This document shows, one piece after another, positions 59,620 through 64,000 of a stretch of DNA of 64,000 bases. Position 1 is the stretch's first letter, and every line of letters begins with the position of its first letter. The translations under genes were made by a program, and so were the position numbers. The notes under the pieces are model-generated. The model was not told where the DNA came from, did not search any database, and worked only from the letters and a program-made list of their open reading frames with translations. The stretch spans positions 1,178,001 to 1,242,000 of the forward strand of contig JADEYG010000009.1 of assembly GCA_016906335.1 (NCBI GenBank), written 5' to 3'. Source of the stretch: Novakomyces olei (lineage: Eukaryota).

Positions 59620-60374
59620 CTACCGGCCAATCCTAAAATCTGTCTCGAAAATATCAGAAAGCTCAGACTCGAGTAATTTAAACAGATTCGTGCCATCTCG
59701 GTGATAGATCCATGAATGACTGGGACGGTTGTAATCGAATCGTTTCGGTCCACTGAGTGTTTAGTATTATAGGCTTACGAGTCACAACCTACCTTATCGG
59801 ACTCGATAACCAGATTTGCTTGTTTGGTGGCTGCTTATTTATGACATAAGTGCCATGCGGCCCCAATACAAGGGTCACAACTCCGCTCTGTAATTGTCAG
59901 ATAAAGCCTGCACATAAAGTGATAAGCAGAGAAATTCCAACCATGAACAAGACTACATACCTCAAAACTAGGTATAGCAGTCGCTGGGAAAGCATAACGC
60001 AAAGAGTGGATTATATGAAAAAAAAAAAAAATCTCAAAAAAGAGCACGATGCATCATACAGAGTATTCCACGTCGTACACGGGGTTATCCAGTTCCTCCA
60101 GTAGAGTCTCAAAAGCATTCATCATTGATTCCATAGACTCCTCTGATAAGTTGTAATACTCGTTGTCTGACAAATCCGAGTGTGCTTCAGGCGAAGGCGC
60201 CCGGAGATTACTATAACGCTGCACATTACGCAGGGCCTTTTGCTCGTGAACCGGCCGCAGCGCTTTTGCTACTGGTAATCGGGCGGTAACACTTGAGAAC
60301 CTGTACACGCGGAAGGTGGCGAGCGGTGCCGATCGCTGCGTCGCGATGGCTCCGTACCGATTGATACGTATCAT
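59620..60374 (-). CDS. YFH1: Frataxin, mitochondrial (3 exons; introns 59888-60059 and ~59754-59793)
   Basis: Arg-rich presequence; [40 protein letters not shown]. Confidence 0.93.
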
Positions 60375-60529
60375 GAAGCGTGAAGCGCACAGTTTATTGG
60401 AATTATTCGCTATGACAATGATTGACCAAACACGATACGATATTAATCAGTCAATATATATAATCATATAATAATGTTTTTATTTTTCATCGACATCTTC
60501 ATTTGTTTTATTATAATAAGATGTCTACG

Positions 60530-60646
60530 TATCCATATTATTGTGCTATCCATATTATTGTGCTATCCATATTATTGTGCTATCCATATTATTGTGCTAT
60601 CCATATTATTGTGCTATCCATATTATTGTGGTATCATATTATGCTA
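60530..60646. repeat. 17-bp minisatellite (TATCCATATTATTGTGC) x~6 in the divergent YFH1/CTF8 promoter
   Basis: Read directly. Confidence 0.92.
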
Positions 60647-60790
60647 TTCCTCTATTTTGTAGTTTGGCCGTTCAAATAAAATCTAAAGATTGCCAATCGG
60701 ATCTCGTTACACCATATCAGAACACACGAGTTGGAAATGGAGACTTTATAGAACGGCAATAACCTGCAACCTACACAAGTCTAATGACAA

Positions 60791-61395
60791 ATGAATGCAA
60801 TGGAGGAGTTGCAACAGCGTGCGCGTCGGAACGTGCATCTTCGGCTCTCGACGCGTAACGAGAGCGAGAATGATCGCGTAATCTGCCCAGAACAAATCCA
60901 GCGTTTAGGCAATCTGCTACAGACACGTTCAGGATTAATGTTGCTTGAAATACAGGGCTCGTTTGAGATGCCAACGGAAGAGCAACCGAAGAGTGGATCG
61001 GACGGAGTGGAGGACGATAAAAGCTTAAAAGATCAAAATATCACGGAAGAGAAAGAAATTGGAGATATCATGTTGGACGAGGTGAGTTTTCCAGTTTGAA
61101 TAATTGCATTATCAGCAGTCTAATATTTTTCAAGACAAACAGCATATGCTGGTTACGTGTTGGCTATCATCGACTTGAAGGTCGTATCGTTCCGCTTCCG
61201 AAACCTGTAGCCGTTCTTCGAAAAAGGCCTTATAGCAAGGAACCTAAACGGCGGCGTTTAGCCACTGCTGAAGATGAAAGCTTTGCCCGCACTATACATA
61301 TTGTCGATATTGTTCGCAAAAAGGTTCTCTTCAATCTCCGACCAGAACCAATCGTCACTGGCGCCGTATTTGGTGATAATGGAGCAAAGGCTTAG
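60791..61395 (+). CDS. CTF8: Ctf8 subunit of the Ctf18-RFC complex (intron ~61082-61134; start uncertain)
   Basis: LLEIQG, L.VGYHRLEGRIV.L.KP.AVLRK, IVRKKVLF..RPEPIV. Confidence 0.82.
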
Positions 61396-63661
61396 CCATT
61401 GTGCCTAATCACCCTAGCTTTGTTCATGCTCTTGCTGCAAATCACGACGCATCGCATTTATCTACCATTTGCCTATTCTCCCAAGAGATTTCGAGAGATT
61501 TCGGTCCGCCATGTCCCATCACCCTACGCCTACATCTTTTGGAGTCAAATTTACCAAACTACATAGTCGCTTTTCCTTATCGGTTTCCTACCTAAATTAG
61601 ATCATATAATTGAAAATTTAACCATTTATAAATCATGTGCTGTCTGTTCCACTTGAGGGTATGAAAAGTATAGTTCTAGGCCAACTTGTCTCTTTCAAAA
61701 TGCATGCAAAGACGGCCCATGTATGAAGAGTGCCATTAATTCATTTCGACTTATTTAACCATGTCGCCCTCACCGCCTATCGTTATTGTTTGTGTCCTCA
61801 TGTCATTAAGAGTGCTTGTTATTGCATGCTATTTTTTGGGAGGCACATTTGGAGCCTCTGTACTCTCAGATTCACGATCACGGAGTTTCTGTTCCAGTGC
61901 CTGAATGCGCTGGTCAATGTCGTTCAATTTGCTTGTTTCGCGATCTAATTTTTCTTTTCTTTAGATGAGTTAGCAAAGCAGTAATAAAGCAGGTAATGTT
62001 TGCCTCACTTCTCGTTGACTGATTGATGCAATTTGTAGATTTCGTCATAATCGGCTCCTGCTGATTGAGGAATGGAGGAAGGCGAAGATACTTGTGACAT
62101 TTTATATTTTCGTGCCAGCTGACGGTGGTGCTCAATCGGAGGCAAATTGAAAGGCTGCCTTACGCGTCGTATATGAGGATATTATGGGTGCCTCAATAAA
62201 TGTATGTAAATGCAACCCTTAAATACCGGGGTCAGCACTATATAAATCTCATTTGAAATTTAGTCTCGCTACGACACGCAACGGATATTAAACTATGGTC
62301 CAATTAATCTAAGTAATAAGAAGCGGACAGAACTGGCTCAAAGCGTCTGTGAGCGCTAAATCTATGACACGCTATTTAACTTCGATTTAGATCACAGTGC
62401 GAATGCAATTACGCTGTGTAATATCGCACGCCTAAATTGCTCGAGTTGAAGTCAATTACGATGCAATTGTGTGGCGGTAGTGCACACATGAAGCCAATTT
62501 TCGGCTGATTCTCATGCAGGCGTAGACATTTATGGTATGATAGCGCAGGAGACACGTATTGTAATCTACAAACCGAGTTTATGCTAAATCCATTTCCTGA
62601 TAGTTGAGGTATATTTGCCACTGCAATAACTAGTAATCCTCCTCAGTTTTCAGATTGAATTCGAAAATGTAGCCGTGCAGGTTGAAAGGTATAAATCACT
62701 ATATAACTGCAATTCATCACTAGTCCAAAATACCTTTAGTATTAATTAGAAACAACTACGGCCGGAACAAGTCACAGGATGGAATCTACATAGGCACTGG
62801 ATCACAATAAGCTCTGAGCCAACTACGAGTCTCAGACAGCTATCTGTGGCCATGTGAATTACAGACCTCGGATACATTATCACCATCTGCATGCGTGTGC
62901 TATCAAGAAACTCAAGATAAATGGACACCCGGGGTACCCGTCCGTATAAATTCGCACCAATGCGCTCTCGCACCAATGCGCTCTTTATTAAATGACAGCC
63001 TTACTTAACGCCGAATACGTCAAAACCCTAACCCTACCCCTAACGACTTTCGATGTTAGAGGCAGTTCTTGGACTTAACCTCCCCACCAGGTGAATGAAG
63101 ACTCAAAAGATGCTGACAGCTAACAAATACGAGTCGAAAGCCCTAGCGGAAAACAGGCTTCGTTATGTCATATGGTCTGGCTCGAAAAGTCAAAACCTCA
63201 CAATGTTCCTTGTAAAAGGCATTGCTTATAAAAACGGACGAGGCCCGTCTACGTACTTGGGACCATATGTTGTTACAGTAGATAAGCGGAATGAATTGCG
63301 ATTTAAATTGCCGAAACACAAATACAAATAATAATATAATTAAATCGCGATATTCATACTCAATTTACCATAATTTGCCAAGTAACAACAAACCGCTTAC
63401 TCCTTCGCTTATCTGTCGCACGTGAAATCTTCCACTAATGCGAACATAGAGCTCTTCACGTCAACAGCTTTAGAATGATCTGGAGCCATTACTAAAGATC
63501 GAGGCAGCCAGCATCTCTGACAAACAGTGACACGCGTCTTCTCAATTGTTTGTCGCAATTAAAGCTTGCTAGAAGAAACCGCGCAGACCTCAGAGGCACA
63601 TTGACAATCATAATAGAAAAAAAGTGCCAAGGAGAAAAGAATTAGACAACAAAGCCTTCCC

Positions 63662-64000
63662 ATGCAGAGGCACGTGCGACGGACGGCCCTAGCGGCCGCG
63701 AAAAGCACGCATATAAGAAAGCAATTTTTGCGATACAACAGTACGCTACCCGCTTCCGATTCTGCCTCTACCGATGTCTTTGCAATGCTTGACACCTTTG
63801 CACGGCGTCATTTGGGGAGCAATCACACGGACCAACAGCAGATGCTGAATAGGCTCGGGTACAAAGCAATGAATGAATTCATTAGTGATACCGTGCCTGA
63901 AGGTGTACTGGCGCCTGAATCGTTCCGCATGGGACAAGAGTCTTCTGGGCTTACCGAGTCCGAGATTTTGAGCCGTGTAGAGGAAATCAAGGCACAAAAT
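63662..64000 (+). CDS. GCV2: Glycine decarboxylase P protein, N-terminus (runs off the window)
   Basis: Mitochondrial presequence, then DTFARRHLG....QQQML..LGY..M..FI..TVP...GLTESE.L. Confidence 0.88.
   Translation, partial: MQRHVRRTALAAAKSTHIRKQFLRYNSTLPASDSASTDVFAMLDTFARRHLGSNHTDQQQMLNRLGYKAMNEFISDTVPEGVLAPESFRMGQESSGLTESEILSRVEEIKAQN

Noticed and set aside
60530-60646. Regular repeat considered as a CRISPR array
   Set aside because: Head-to-tail 17-mers with no spacers in a eukaryotic context; a minisatellite.
63095-63331. ORF with YLGPYVV...FKLP, resembling an integrase GPY/F tail
   Set aside because: Too short, with no other TE features nearby.

Overview
Fungal (ascomycete-like, short-intron) genomic DNA. 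Positions 1 to ~54,000 are a dense nest of LTR retrotransposons, possibly pericentromeric or centromeric. The nest holds Ty1/Copia elements with atypical TA...CA ends and a primer site matching the tRNA-Lys(CUU) anticodon arm, three self-priming chromodomain Ty3/Gypsy families, and many solo LTRs. Most insertions can be resolved by 5-bp target-site duplications (TSDs). From ~54,100 there are ordinary genes: RAI1/DXO, cytosolic leucyl-tRNA synthetase, frataxin, CTF8 and the start of the glycine decarboxylase P protein. The main novelty is accessory cargo in the Gypsy elements. One chromovirus carries an intact extra gene for a C2H2 zinc finger plus a JmjC (JHDM1/Epe1-like) putative histone demethylase between pol and the 3' LTR. 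Other elements or remnants carry small Zn2Cys6-like plus coiled-coil genes. Together these suggest a retrotransposon-encoded anti-silencing system. Family letters are my own labels.
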